Origin: Octopus vulgaris | Taxonomy: Eukaryota | Assembly (NCBI GenBank): GCA_951406725.2 | Contig: OX597817.1 | Span: 33,170,001-33,234,000, forward strand | DNA: 64,000 nucleotides | Direction of reading: 5' to 3' | In this document: one piece after another, positions 9,605 through 23,509 of the stretch | Layout: each line of letters begins with the position of its first letter | How positions within the stretch are numbered: position 1 is the stretch's first letter | The notes under the pieces: model-generated | Seen by the model: only the letters and a program-made list of their open reading frames with translations | The model's database searches: none | Told to the model about the DNA's origin: nothing | Translations under genes and position numbers: made by a program

Positions 9605-12423
9605 GTTATATTTATTTTTTTATACCCAGCTGAGAGCCATACTTAGGAAAATCCCCAATTCTGATAAAGTCATTCTACTGGGAGATTTCAAAGCCAGGGT
9701 TGGAACAGACTGGCAAACATGGAACTCTCTAGAGTATTTTGGAGTAGGGAACATGAATAGCAATGGTCTCATGCTGTTGGAGCTTTGAATGAACATGGAC
9801 TTTACATCACAAGCACTCATTTTATGCACCAAGGTGGTCACACAATAACATGGATGCATCTAAGGTCTAAAGTTTGGCACTTGCTGGATTATGTCATCAT
9901 CCGCAAGCATGACATCTATGATATTTGTAATGTCCAGTCTTTTCATGGATCAGAATACTGGATGGACCTCAGACTGGTGCTAGCAAAGTGCCAGATGATG
10001 ATTTGAGTGAAAGAGAGAAGTGGGCCAGTTGGTATTACTTGGTGTCTGAATGTCCACAAGATATATGATGCTGTGTTGAGGAAAGAGCTTCAGACTTGCT
10101 TGTCCAGCATTGAAAATACTACAGTATGGGAAGATTTTCAAGACCAGGTTCTTCAATGTGCTACTGAAACACTGGGATATGCTTCTGCCAGACACAGAGA
10201 CTGGTTTGATGAAAATTATGTTGAAGTTCAGCGACTATTGGTTATATAGTGCCATGTCTACAATATATTGCTGTACAGAGGACTTTCAGCTGTGCAGTGA
10301 AATCTAGCATTTGCCTACTATAGCAGTGTAACATCACTACTGCAGCGATCTCTCAGGAAGATGCAGAACACTTGATGGGAGGATCTTGCTCGTGATGTTC
10401 AGGCTGCTGCTGATGCAAATGACAGCAAGAAGCTTTACCGTCTTATGAAGCAAATTTATGGACCTAAAAGCTCTGCATCAGCTCCTTTACTTTCCAAGGA
10501 GTCTTCTACTCTATTTACTAAATCAACAGAAATCACAGGTCACTAGATTGAACACTTCTCTGAACTCTTGAACCATAAGTCAGTTATGGATGAAACAGTG
10601 ATTGATTCTATGCAACAAATTTTTATATTCCATACCCTTAATAGATGAGGTAATGACAGCAGTAAGTAAATTGCATCTTAGTAGGGCAACTGGAAAGGAT
10701 GGAATTTGTGCTGAGGTCTTGTGATTTGGTGGCGATTACATCATGCAAGCCCTTCATAAACTTATTAGTGTATTCTGGAAGGATGGTGCAATGTCTAAGG
10801 ACTGGAAGGGTGCAATTATTCTTCCTCTCTATAAAGGAAAAGGAGCCAGAATAATGTGTGGGAACTACAGAGGTTCTACTCTCAGCTGCTGGCAAATATT
10901 CTTCTTACCCGCCTGAATAGGTGTCTTGTAAATGATATCCTATCTGAATCTCAATGTGGCTTTGAGTCTGGTAGAGGGACAATGGATATGATTTTCACAG
11001 TAAGACAGATGCAGGAGAAGTGCTATGAGCAGAATATGGATCTTGTCCAGGTATTCATTGATTTAGTGAAGGCCTTTGATACTGTGAATAGGGCCCTTGC
11101 TATGGAAAATACCTGGCAAACTTGGATGTCCGGATCACTTTGTATCTATAATTTCATGATGGGATAGAGGTTTGGGTCAATATTGGCGGTGGTATGGTGG
11201 GACCCATTCCTGTAGAGAAAGGTGTTGAGCAGAGTGACACCCTTGCCCCAACTCTCTTTCCTTTGTACTTTGCTGCTGCTTTTACTCATGATTTTGCTAA
11301 GGTTAGCTCTCTGGGAATATATTGATCTTCTGGCTGCCTCTTTAATCTGCACTGATTTACTGCCAATTCAAAAGTTTTCCTGTCACTTATTCGTGACCCC
11401 CTTTATGCAGATGACTGTAACTTAGTCACCCATACAGTGGATGACTTGCAAATACTTATGAATCGTATTTTTGCTTCTTGCAAGGCATTTGGACTCAGTA
11501 TTAGCTGGACAAGACTGTTGTAATGTTCCAGCTTGCACCAGGAAATCCATATGTGGAACCAGCTCTCTTGGTTGAAGGAACAATACTGAAAGTGGTAGAC
11601 AAGTTTGTCTACCTGGTCAGCACACTCAGCCATTTTAGCTCCCTAGATGATGAAATATCTTTCAGGTTGCAGAGAGTAACTGATTCCTTCTGGTCTCTTG
11701 AGTCTTGTGTCTGGTCCCAGCATGGCATCACAAAGCAAACAAAAATTGCTGTGTACTCTACATGTGTACTGACATCACTCCTTTACTCACATGAGTCATG
11801 GACCCTTTGCAAACGTCATATAAGAGTCCTTGAAGGCTTTCATCAGAGATGTTTGAGACACATTCTGAATGTTGGCTGGACCTTAAAAACTCCAGACACA
11901 CAGGTCCTGAGGAAAGCTGATATCTTGAGTATTGAGGCAATGGTGCACAAGCACCAGTTATGTTGGACTGGACACCTTATTAGAATGAAGGATAGCAGGA
12001 TCCCTAAACAGATGCTATATGGGGAACTTGTTTTTGGAAAGTGACCCTGTCAGAAACCAAGGCTGCAATTTAAGGACTGTGTCAAGTCCTCATTAAAGGC
12101 CTGTGGTATGCAGGGGACTGACTGGGAGAACAATGGCTGTCATCACCACAGATGGAAGAAGCAAGTTAAGGAATGGGGTTGACACCTTTGAGAGAGCATG
12201 TATTCTGCATGAAGAAGTAAAGCGTGCTGCTTGAAAGCACACTGCTAGTGTAGTGAATGGGGAAAGCTTGGTTTGCAATGTTTACAGTTGTGTACGCTTG
12301 AAAAGAGCAGGACTCATTAGCCACCAGTGGAGCTGCAAATGCAAAATATAAGTTAGTCCTAGAGTGCACAATGTTCCTAAAGGTCAGTAATGTCTTCCTC
12401 AGTCACTAGTGGATGGCCATCAT
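9605..12423 (+). mobile_element. RTE-clade LINE (BovB-like), 5'-truncated and frameshifted
   Basis: APE motifs ILLGDFKARVG and WHLLDYVI; RT motifs ESQCGF..GRGTMDMIFTVRQMQEKC, FIDLVKAFDTVNR and YADD (11404-11415); C-terminal WTGHLIRMKDSRIPKQMLYGEL. Confidence 0.92.
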
Positions 12424-12488
12424 ATGTGTGTATGTTTGTGTATATGTATATATGTATGAATGTGTGTGTGTGTATGTATATACATATA

Positions 12489-12893
12489 TAGGGTGTGATG
12501 GGTAAATTGTCGCCATTTTATATTTTTAATTTCACGCATTGTTTGTTTTTGATTTTGTTGACTACACAGTATAGTAGGGTCAGTTGGGCACCATCTGTGA
12601 GAAAAACAGCACCATGATGCAACTCATTCTGCCAAAGATTTGGAAACGACATGTTTGGCATTTGCACTGGAAGCTCCAATATGAACATTTCAGAGTGTTT
12701 GGGTGTCAATCTGAGGACAGCGCAGATGATTCGGAAAGAGCTGGATGAGTTTAATGGTGATTACAAGGGTACAGCAGCTCAGAAAACTCACTCTGATCGT
12801 TCTGATAAGAAAAGAACTCCTGATTTTGTTGGTGAGATCCAGGTCATGATTGATAACGATCCCGCCAAGTCAATCAGATGCATTGCTAGGGAC
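12489..12893 (+). mobile_element. Tc1/mariner-superfamily 5' fragment (TIR and HTH domain)
   Basis: AGGGTGTGATGGGTAAATTGTCGCC terminus after TA; ORF ISECLGVNLRTAQMIRK...KRTPDFVGEIQVMIDNDPAKSIRCIARD. Confidence 0.75.
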
Positions 12894-12926
12894 ATATACA
12901 AACTAGCAAAATGACCATTCCGAAAT

Positions 12927-12971
<45 letters not shown>

Positions 12972-13959
12972 CAACTGGAACCCTTGTCGTCATAACCAAC
13001 GGAGTACCACTTATATATAAGGCTATTGACAGACATGTTACATCAATTATGCATTGATATAAACTGTCCAATAAAGCCAGAAACATATGTACCGCTAAAT
13101 CCTTTGCATCCTGTTTTTCTTTTGATAAATATACCCTATCACCTACACCACTAACTGGCATATACAGGTGCTTACAGTTATCAAGTATTCACCCTGAATT
13201 TTTTGTACCTAACTATATATATATATATGTGTGTGTGTGTGTATTAAGGCTACCATTGGTTTCATGTAAAGAAAAATATCTTAATATCTTAACAATTTTT
13301 CAAGCTGACCACATGGAGGAATGTAGTTCATCTCCATTTTGGTGTTTTCATCCAAATTGGTGATGAACACTATTCCTCCGTGTGATCAGGTGACCTGTTT
13401 AAAATTTTCCCAACTGTCTTCTGTTTTAGGAAAAGGGAACAGGTTACAGAAACTTCAAAATAACAAGTCACTGGAGCATCAGAAATATATTCTACAATAT
13501 ATATACAATGTATTGAGTACTTCCTCATTTTTTATAACCAGTAGACACACCCACACACCCACACACATCCACACACCCAATAAAGTAAAAGGAAAAAATT
13601 CTCATTAAAACCACTCTAATTAGCTAGCTTCATATGTGTGTGTGTGTGTGTGTGTGTGTATAAACAAATGACATGGGTCATAGATGTAATTTATTACAGA
13701 GTAAAACTAATTATGAAGCAGTTTTGTTGTACAGAAGTGTTGCCAAGCATTTATTTTAAAGCCATAAATTGCTTATATTTCGTTATTAGTGGTAGATAAT
13801 CACTATTCCATAACTTCTCATTACCTACATTTCTTGTTTTAAACCATTGTTGATCGCAGACAAATAATTTACTCATATGACATGGTTCAGTATTTAAAAA
13901 AACTGAAAGGAGTGACCTGTGAGTAAACGTCGAGGAGCACTAATCTAGATCAGCACAAA

Positions 13960-14352
13960 GTCGATTCCTTATTGCTGTGTAGTGGCTTATCTACCTCAAT
14001 GAGCCTGAAAGTTATACAAGCTGAATGCAAGCACCTAGTAGGGTCTCCCATGCTGGACGGATCAAGGGATAAAGGTCAAACTAATACAGACTGCCTCTTT
14101 CCAGAGGTAAAAAGGGATTTATGTAGGGCTAATACCCAGGGCTGGCTTTAAGCCAGTTAGACAGATGTGCTCAAATTGGATCCTGTGCCAAGACATGGCC
14201 CAATTTAAACAAACATTTGGCTGGGACTGGAATACTACATGAAGTATTAAATATCAGTCTTCAGCTTTTGCAGTGTAGAGGGCTCCATTGAAAATTCTTT
14301 AAGTGGGTCCCTCACTCCCTAGTGCCAGCTCTGCTAATACCTCAACCTAGAG
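13960..14352 (+). mobile_element. Diverged RTE-type 5'-UTR-like repeat (second copy 29330-29525)
   Basis: Both copies share CTCAATGA.CCTGA..G...CCT.GTAGG..CTCCCATGCTGGA...CTAATA...AATACCTC.ACCTAGA; the RTE 5' UTR assignment is from recalled similarity. Confidence 0.45.
14137..14333. mobile_element. hAT-type MITE
   Basis: TIR CAGGGCTGGC / GCCAGCTCTG; perfect 8-bp TSD CTAATACC at 14129-14136 and 14334-14341. Confidence 0.8.
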
Positions 14353-14470
14353 AATGCAAATTTACAGAAACATTGATGAGAATTCAAAACCAACAAAACC
14401 TGTGAAAAGAAAAAAATAACATAAAGTTGAGAAAAGTTGAGGGAAATCATCAATAGCCTATGCTCTACGG

Positions 14471-14675
14471 CAGGGGTATCCAAAGTGGTTGATATCGACC
14501 CCTGGGGGTCGATAGGTCTATTCACGGGGTCAATAAATGCACATCTACTTAATTACTATTATTATTTATTTATTTATTTATTGCCAAATCAAAATGGGCC
14601 TGGTGTAGCCTTCTGCCTTCCCAGACCCCAGTTGAACCGTCCAACCCATGCTAGCATGGAAAGCGGACACTAAAC

Positions 14676-14719
<44 letters not shown>

Positions 14720-14797
14720 TGTACATGCCTGGGTATCAATGAGGGGTCAAGGATTCCATGAAGGGGGTCGATGGTCTAAAAAATTTGGGGACCCCTA
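14471..14797. mobile_element. hAT-Charlie-like MITE with nested RTE tail (14580-14712)
   Basis: CAGGGGTATCCAAA...TTTGGGGACCCCT termini; flanks CTCTACGG / CTCTAGTG resemble a decayed NTCTAGAN target. Confidence 0.65.
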
Positions 14798-15052
14798 CTC
14801 TAGTGATTAAGGTGTTGCATTCACAATTGTGAGGTTGTGGTTTCAATTCCTGGATGGGGCAGTCTGTTGTGTTCTTGAGTATAGCACTTCTTTAACACAT
14901 TACTCCAGTCTACTCTGTTGTAAATGAGTTTCAATATTAGCTAGAAAGTTAACCTCATGATGAACCAGCATCCTGTTCAGCAGAGAGTATCGTAATCTCA
15001 GTCACTTATAAACCATAGAAACTGGTTTAAGCTTTAGCCTTATAAGTCCTAG

Positions 15053-15530
15053 TGAAGGTGTATGGCTTAGTGGTTAGGAGCTGACAGAGACGTTAGCATG
15101 CCAGACGAAATGCTCAGTGGTATTTCATCTGTCGCTACGTTCTGAGTTCAAATTCCGCCGAGGTCGACTTTGCCTTTCATCTTTTCGAGGTCAATTAAAT
15201 AAGTACCAGTTACGCACTGGGGTCGATGTAATCGACTTAATCCGTTTGTTTGTCCTTGTTTGTCCCCTCTGTATTTAGCCCCTTGTGGGTAGTAAAGAAA
15301 TAGGTTAGGGTATTAGACTCATGATCAAAAGATTGTGGTTTCAATCCCTGGACTGGGTGATGTGTTGTGTTCTTGAACAAAACACTTAATTTCACATTGC
15401 TCAAGTCCACCCAACTGGCAAAAATTAGTAATCCTGTGATGGACCAGTGTCCCATCCAATGGGGAATGCCTCACAGAAACCAGGCAATGAGCCCTATGAG
15501 TCTATATGACCCAAGAAAGATCCTATCCTT
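15053..15530 (+). mobile_element. SINE family B interrupted by SINE family C (15078-15302)
   Basis: tRNA-like head TGGCTTAGTGGTTAGG resumes after the insert; GGTTAGG is duplicated. Confidence 0.75.
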
Positions 15531-16786
15531 ATGAGTCCTTGGGCTCTTAACAGACCAATACAGACCATTGCTTCCTCTCTTGTATTCTTGATGTTACTCT
15601 GTCATTCAGTTACTGTTTGTACTGCAGATTTTATCATTAAAGTGTCGTGCATAGACCCATTCCACACATCCAGCTGAAAGACAGTCATATTCAGTTTGCA
15701 AATCGTAGCTAACATTATAAAGAGTAAATAAAATAATCATATATAATTTGTATTGCAGATCATATATTTGCATCAAAGTCTGATATTCAGTTTATGTATT
15801 GCATAGATATGTAGGTGGGATTTACAGATAGATAATTTCAGCAGTTACATCCTTTACATATTATGAGACCCATTGCAGTAATGAAATATATTCAATTTCC
15901 TTTCGTCTTTCCTTGTTTTATGAATGGTTTCCTTTTAGTAGAATGTCATTTTAGATACCGGAATTTTTCAGTGATGGTAACAATTGGACATGTTTGAAAT
16001 ATCACTCATTCAACATTTCCTGAAAGCTTTACATTTCATATCAAACTTAACTTCATTACTGTTAATTCTTACCATTCCATTAACTTGTCATTTGGTTTCT
16101 CATTCAATGGCCGACAGTGGTCTAAAACTACTTGTACTCATGATTAGATGGAAACTTTGTAGAAACCCATCACTATATTCCATTAAAAGACACACTTGTG
16201 TGTGAATGTATGTGTGTGTGTGTGTGTTTGTGTGAAATGTGTGTGTGTTTTCTCTTTATCATTTCTCTTGGATCCTAGATGGCTTCTTAAATGGTTTTAT
16301 TTATGGATTACACTAACACTACACTCCTTACATCATTATATTGCTGAATAGAACCAAGTCTGGAATAATTTGCACAAGTCACAGCTACTGCATATTTTCT
16401 GACTAAATGACTAATTGACTGCATATTTTCTGACTAAATGACTAATTGACTGTTTCTAATGCAGGTATAAGGCCAAAAATTTTGGATGGAGAGGAATGGT
16501 TGAGCATATCATCCCCAGTACTTGACTGGTACTTTATTTTATAGACACCAGAAGGATGAAAGGTAAAATTGGTCTCAAATGGATTTGTACTTAAAATGTA
16601 AAGACCCACAACTAAAAACCCAAAGCATTGTCGATACTCTAATGATTATTTTTTTATTTATTTACTTACTTTCTCTTTTCCTTGTGAAGGCACATGGCCC
16701 AGTGGTTAAGGTGTTGTACTCATGATTAGATGGAAACTTTGTAGAAACCCATCATATACATGGACACACTTGTGTGTGAATGTATG

Positions 16787-16819
<33 letters not shown>

Positions 16820-17565
16820 TTGTGCATGTGTATGTGTTTGTGCATGTGTATAGGTTCAATTCTCAGACTGGGTGGTGTGTTGTGTTCTTGAGCAAAACAC
16901 TTCATTTCATGTTAGAGTATAGAGATTAACGACAACCCTAACCCTAATTTGACAGAGTGAGTTGAATTAAGTAAGAAGTACAAGAAAGATTTTTTTCAGG
17001 TCAGGACTAACTCCATTACAAGCTGATGGAAACCTGGCCCTGGTAACCATGTAATACAGTACTACCTGTTTATAGTCAAGTGATTGATTGACAGCTAAAC
17101 CAGCCCTCAACTTAACTTTGTCAGCAATGTGGCTGTGTTGGTACAAAGTGGGATTTAAAACAAAGCCATTCAAAGGCAGATGAGCTACTTAAGAGACAAA
17201 AGCACCCATACACTGGGGAGGAGATGCTTGCCACTGGAATTACCGAGATCAATGAAATATTTGCATAGAAGTTATATTAATATTTAATTCATTTAATTCT
17301 ATACTGGACAGATTGGAATTGAAATGCATAAAGAAAGGTTTTAAAAAAAAACTGAGGTGTCCTAACACAGAAGTGCCAAGGAATCAACTTGACATGACAG
17401 AAGAGAAGTCATCGTATTTCTAGTAAAGTGTGTGTGTGTTTGTGTGTGTGTGTGTAAGTGTGTGTTTGACTATTTTACGGCAGGTTAAAAACTGACTAGT
17501 GATACTTTAATTTCTGATGGTAATAAAGATGTAAATAACTTCAGTTTAGATTGAAGAATGTCTTC

Positions 17566-17773
17566 AAAATTGGTTTGGCACAAGGCCAGCAATTTTTGGG
17601 GAAGTGGTAAGTCAATTACATCAACCCCAGTTTTCAACTGGTACTTATTTTATTGACTTCAAAAGGATAAAAGGCAAAGATGATCTTGATAGAATTTGAG
17701 CTCAGACCTTAAGGACAAACGAAATGCCACTAAGCGTTTTGTCCAGCATGCTAGCAATTCTGCCAGCTCACCA
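17566..17773 (-). mobile_element. SINE family C, diverged (similar minus copies 16455-16640, 29055-29272, 40240-40457, 50140-50340, 61479-61590)
   Basis: CTGGTACTTATTTTATTGAC...GGAT.AAAGGCAAAG is the reverse of a Nin-domain-like core. Confidence 0.75.
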
Positions 17774-19066
17774 CTGTCATTGTCATTAACATTAATAATT
17801 AATATTATATGGTTATATTAGGAAAGTGGAAGAACCGGCAGAGTTGCCAACAAAATGCCTCGTAGTATTTAATTACATTCCTGGATATTATGAATCTCAG
17901 CCTTCTGGGATTGGCAAAATAACTACTAGTGAAATACTGAGATTGATATAACAAGCTGTATTCCACCCTAATAATCATTTGGGGGTATTTTAAAATTTCT
18001 TTTTGAAGATCATATTTGGGTCTGTCTCCTTGGTAGAAACAAGAGTGCATCTTTTGTTTTGTCTTCAGATCCTGTTGAAGTTGATTTCAACATTGAACAC
18101 CCAGGGATCATTTAGTAAGGTTGGTTAATTAAATATGTCTCATTACTACATTATGATCAATACATATAACTTTCTTCAAACGAAATCAATATCTGAAAAT
18201 ACTGACCTAGGATTTATTGACTTAATTCCAATTGTGGTTGTAGTTGAGGTTTAACTCCAGGTCAGCTTTGACAAAGCAGACTTTTGACCAAGGGTGTTCA
18301 AGTCATAGCTCTCTTGTCTTTTTTTTTCTTGGTATGAAATATTCTGGATTCCAATTGGATGAAGGATATTTATCTGTTATTTCTAGTTTGTTGTTAATGA
18401 TGTTAAAACTTAAATTAGTTCTCATTAAACAAATATATGATGAAAGATATTCCAGCAAGATTCGGTCTTCTTTTTAGATGCTGGAGTTTAGATGAATAGA
18501 GATATATTTAGCTACTATTTCTGAAAGGTCAAGTGACATGTAAAGGTTTCCTCACTATGAGTCTTATTTAGCTCCAAATGAATCCTAACTGAAAGATCAA
18601 TAATCAAAAGTGTTTGAGCCATGAATATGACATCTGTTTTGCCAGTCAGTGGGCACCTAGAACCACTTAATCCCAAATGCTCTCCACCTTTTAAGACAGT
18701 AGTGTGTGATTTGGTAGAAAATTTGGCTGCTGTTTTAAGTAGGTTTATTGACAATGTTGAGATTCTCTCTTTGGTTCATACTGAGTTTATTCTTTTACTT
18801 GTTTCAGTCATTTGACTGCAGTCATGCTGCAGCACTGCCTTTAGTCAAGCAAATCAACCCCGGGACTTATTCTTTGTAAGCCTAGTGCTTATTCTATCGG
18901 TCTCTTTTGCCGAACTGCTAAGTTACGGGGATGTAAACACACCAGCATCGGAGGGTAAAAGTTTTTCAATTTTCTCCTGGTTTGCGGAATTAATGTTATT
19001 TTGCGGTTAAAGCTTTTGGCTGTTATTTCTAGTGGGTGAATGGCCTATTATGGCCGTTCCTTGATT

Positions 19067-19245
<179 letters not shown>

Positions 19246-19247
19246 GT

Positions 19248-19551
19248 GGAGGCGCAATGGCCTAGTGGTTAGGGCAGCGGACTCGTGGTCGCAGGATCGC
19301 GGTTTCGATTCCCAGACCGGGCGTTGTGTGTGTTTATTGAGCGAAAACACCTAAAAAGCTCCACGAGGCTCCGGCAGGGGGTGGTGATCCCTGCTGTACT
19401 CTTTCACCACTCTTTCTCCCACTCTTTCTTCTGTTGGCCTGCTCGCTTAGCCAGCAGGGTGACGTCATTCGAAGGCTAAAACAATGCGAACGCATTGTGA
19501 CCAGCGATATGTAACAACATCTGATGGTCTGGTCGGTCACGTGATCACGTG

Positions 19552-19552
<1 letters not shown>
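19248..19552 (+). mobile_element. SINE family B (tRNA-derived head), young CpG-rich copy
   Basis: GGAGGCGCAATGGCCTAGTGGTTAGGGCAGCGGACTC...GGTTTCGATTCCC A/B boxes; related copies at 42396, 62457 and 45330 (-). Confidence 0.85.
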
Positions 19553-19600
<48 letters not shown>

Positions 19601-20730
19601 CATATATACGACAGGCTTCTTTCAGAGTCCGTCTACCAAATTCACTCACAAGGCTTTGGTCGGCCCGAGGCTATAGTAGAAGACACTTGCCCAAGGTGTC
19701 ACGCAGTGGGACTGAACCCGGAACCATGTGGTTGATAAGCAAGCTACTTACCACACAGCCACTCCACAACTTTACAAAATGAACTCAGTATGAGTTTATT
19801 TTGGGAAGTTATGGAGTAGGAGACATGTTAGAGCACCACAATATATTCCTTAGTACATCTTTCTACATTCTAATTTCTAATTTTACCAAAGTCGATTTAA
19901 TCTTTTACCATTCATTTGTCAATACTATAAAAAGATGGTAATTACTGGAGTTGATCTAATTGGTTATGTAATCATCCTTTACACATTTGTAAGTTTATGA
20001 CAATGTGAAAAATCAATATTGGATTAATTATAATTTCATTATTGAACTATGTACAATAGAATGATGTGGAGTTTTGTCTCACTTTAATAGAAAAGTATGC
20101 TTTAGTGCTATGTGTACATAGAGCAATCAAAGGGGAGATAAATGAATTACTGTAACACATTCACTTGTTTCTTCCTTCTCTAGAGTCAGATCTACAAATA
20201 GATTTGTATAACATTGGCCAATATATCATAATTGTCCGGATACATATAGCCACTTGCTAATAAAAATGAGACCTGGTGGAATCTCCTTTGCATAAACAAA
20301 GAAATATTTGCAAAAGCAGTGCCATGAGTCCCCTAGCAAAACTCTTTATCTTTGACTATAAACAAATAGCTAAATATCTGAGATGAGATATTGCTAATAA
20401 AATCATTATTTTCTGCACTGTTATCCTCATGTTTAGTATATACACATAATATTTTACATCTTTACTATGTTTCAATCAATATCATCTCTGATCACCATCA
20501 TTAAGAATGAATGGCTTAGTAGATGAACTGATGGTTGAGAAATAAGAGTTCTTAGTTTGAATCCAGCCTGGTAAAATGTACATGACCAGGAATAAAATAC
20601 TTGATGAGGATCAAAGATCAAACAGATAATAAAATGATTTTAATGTAAACTGTTGCAAATATACAGCCTAAAGGTGAGGCTAATGGTCTGATAAATTATA
20701 AAGTCATTAGTTTTAGCTACTGCATTTGTA

Positions 20731-21297
20731 TTAGGTTGACTGGAAAGTTTGTGCTGATTTATAGTAGCTTACCTTACAACTTATTTTAGAACATGTTTGA
20801 GTCCATAAAATAGAATTTGACTACATCCCCATTTAGAGCACAGTTTAAGCTGTCTTTTCGTGGAAGAAGGTTTGTGTTCCTATAACCTGTGTTAATTCTG
20901 TAACCCTTTAAAATGGAAGATAAGAAAGTTCATTTTCAGCACTTGATGCTTTGGGAACCAGACAAAAATTGCTGCAGCTCAGCTGAGATGTGTTACCCCA
21001 CCCTCCATATTCACCAGATATTGCTCCTTTGGATTTCCACTTATTCAGGTCTCTGCGGAATAGTCTTAATGGTAAAAATTTAAATTCCTTGGATTACGTA
21101 AAAAGATACCTTGATGAAATCTTTGCCACAAAACCGACCTCAATTCTGGGAAGAGGGTATTTTCAAGTTAAAGGAAAGATGGAGACGCATTGTGCAACAA
21201 AATGGTTCATATTTGGTTGATTAAAAATGTAATGGCAAGTATTTATTGACCTTTTTCTTTCCTTTAAAAATCAGCTCAAACTTTCCGGACAACCCAA
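20731..21297 (+). mobile_element. Internally deleted mariner
   Basis: TA-flanked TIRs TTAGGTTGACTGGAAAGTTTG / CAAACTTTCCGGACAACCCAA; ORF LPHPPYSPDIAPLDFHLFRSL. Confidence 0.9.
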
Positions 21298-22133
21298 TAT
21301 ATAGAAGTAGATAAAAATGATGCAAATTTTATTTTGACATTTTACAAGCTTTTCCTCTTTAATACAGCTGATCAGATGAGAAAATATAAAATAGCAATAG
21401 ATACTATAAAAGTGATGATATAATTGGCCTCTTTTAGAGACTAATTCCTGCTTAAGAGAAAAGCTGGTTTTCAAAAGGATAGAGTAAATTAGTTTTAAAA
21501 TAGTTTTTATTCAGCAAGAGTTTTAATGTAACAGATTTAAACTGAGTTGAAAACTGACTGTTATTTCACACATGAACAAATGGAGTTATGCAGTTTTATT
21601 GGCTATTTGTATTGACTTAGTGGTTGGTGTTAGGAAGGGTATCCAGCTGTAGAAATGATGCCAAAACAGACAACTGGAGCCTGCTTCAGCTTTCTGGCTT
21701 CCCAGGTCCTGCCAACCAATCCAACTCATGCCAAAATGGACATTAAATGATGATGATAATGATGATCACACACACACATACAACAGATCTAGTGTAATTT
21801 AGACATTAAGTTGCACAACAAAAATACTAGTATTTCGAAGTTCATATGTATTCCTGTTTGTGTTATTGTATTTGTACAATTTACTAGCAGAGATACCTGA
21901 CATTGCTCAGGGTTAAAATGACATAATTTTTTATTGTTTTACTTGTTTCAGTCATGTGACTGTGGCCATGCTGGAGCACCGCTTTTGGTTGAGGAAATTA
22001 ACCCCAGGATTTATTCTTTGTAAGCCTAGTACTTATTCTATCAGCGTGTATTGTTGAACAGCTAAGTTACTGGGTTGTGAACTCAGAAACATAGGTTATC
22101 AAGCGATGGGGGGAGTACAAACACAGACAGACA

Positions 22134-22172
<39 letters not shown>

Positions 22173-22507
22173 ATATACATATGTCACTCCCTAACTGTTG
22201 AAGGGACCTGTGAAAGAGGTAGACCCAGGATGACATGGGATGAGGTGGGGAAGCATGACCTTTGAACAATGGGCTTCACAGAGGCAATGACAGGAGACAC
22301 AATGTGATTGAGAAGACCTGGCAACTAAAGTGAGATCGCAGCCATGTATGTCCAGCTCTGTTAAGAGTACTCCTGATGCATCAGGCAATATGATATGCTT
22401 GAGAAGAAGAATAATTATATTGTAAATTCTACACTGCTGAAAACACTAAGACACTTAGATCAGAAATTTTGAAAATTAAAGGTGTCTATTTACTTTCTGC
22501 ATGTCTA

Positions 22508-22549
<42 letters not shown>

Positions 22550-22607
22550 TAGATATATATATATATGTATATATATATCTATATATATATATATATATAT
22601 ATATGTA

Positions 22608-22871
22608 TGACGGAAACAGAAAGAAGCCTGTCGTATATATGTATATATTTATATGTGTGTGTTTGTGTGTCTGTGTTTGTCCCCCTAGCATTGCTTGACA
22701 ACCGATGCTGGTGTGTTTACGTCCCTGTCACTTAGCGGTTCGGCAAAAAGAGACCGATAGAATAAGTACTGGGCTTACAATGAATAAGTTCCGGGGTCGA
22801 TTTGCTCGACTAAAGGTGGTGCTCCAGCATGGCCGCAGTCAAATGACTGAAACAAGTAAAAGAGTAAAGAG

Positions 22872-22872
<1 letters not shown>
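22608..22872 (+). mobile_element. SINE family A, 5'-truncated (inverted relative to the 3' half at 21928-22180)
   Basis: Matches family A body and tail. Confidence 0.85.
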
Positions 22873-22926
<54 letters not shown>

Positions 22927-22927
22927 T

Positions 22928-23474
22928 CACCATCCGAGCGTGGCCGTCCGCCAGCCTCGTCTGGCACCTGTGTCGGTGACACATAAGAAAACACCATCCG
23001 AGCGTGGCTGTCTGCCAGCCTCGTCTGGCACCTGTGTCGGTGGCACATAAAAAACACCATCCGAGCGTGGCCGTCTGCCAGCCTCGTCTGGCACCTGTGT
23101 CGGTGGCACATAAAAACACCATCCGAGCGTGGCCGTCTGCCAGCCTCGTCTGGCACCTGTGTCGGTGGCACATAAAAAACACCATCCGAGCGTGGCCGTC
23201 TGCCAGCCTCGTCTGGCACCTGTGTCGGTGGCACATAAAAAACACCATCCGAGCGTGGCCGTCTGCCAGCCTCGTCTGGCACCTGTGTCGGTGGCACATA
23301 AAATCACCCACTACACTCTCGGAGTGGTTGGCGTTAGGAAGGGCATCCAGCTGTAGAAACACTGCCACATCTGACTGGCCTGGTGCAGCCTTCGGGCTTC
23401 CCAGACCCCAGTTGAACCGTCCAACCCATGCTAGCATGGAAAGCGGACGTTAAACGATGATGATGATGATGATG
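22928..23474 (+). mobile_element. RTE 3' UTR with six tandem 62-64-bp units and (GAT)n tail
   Basis: Unit starts at 22928, 22992, 23055, 23117, 23180 and 23243, followed by the common RTE tail. Confidence 0.85.
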
Positions 23475-23509
23475 ACATATATGTACATACTTACATATAT
23501 ATGTATGTA

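Noticed and set aside
13960-14010. HDV-like ribozyme at the RTE-type 5' end (also 29330-29375)
   Set aside because: Such ribozymes are known in RTE 5' UTRs, but both copies are too decayed to fold
15955-16023. IPEFF peptide suggesting a BEACH-domain exon
   Set aside because: Only five residues match and the downstream sequence is not BEACH-like
19248-19325. tRNA gene
   Set aside because: The tRNA-like head continues into a SINE body found in several copies; no proper acceptor stem or terminator
20461-20630. Additional HHR-like motifs (also 13049-13095 and 55443-55465)
   Set aside because: Each has two or more core or stem defects and cannot be separated from chance without a family consensus
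22928-23303. CRISPR-like array or pistol/HDV ribozyme array
   Set aside because: Units are contiguous with no unique spacers and no cas genes. The superficial pistol- and HDV-like words could not be arranged into the required full topology.
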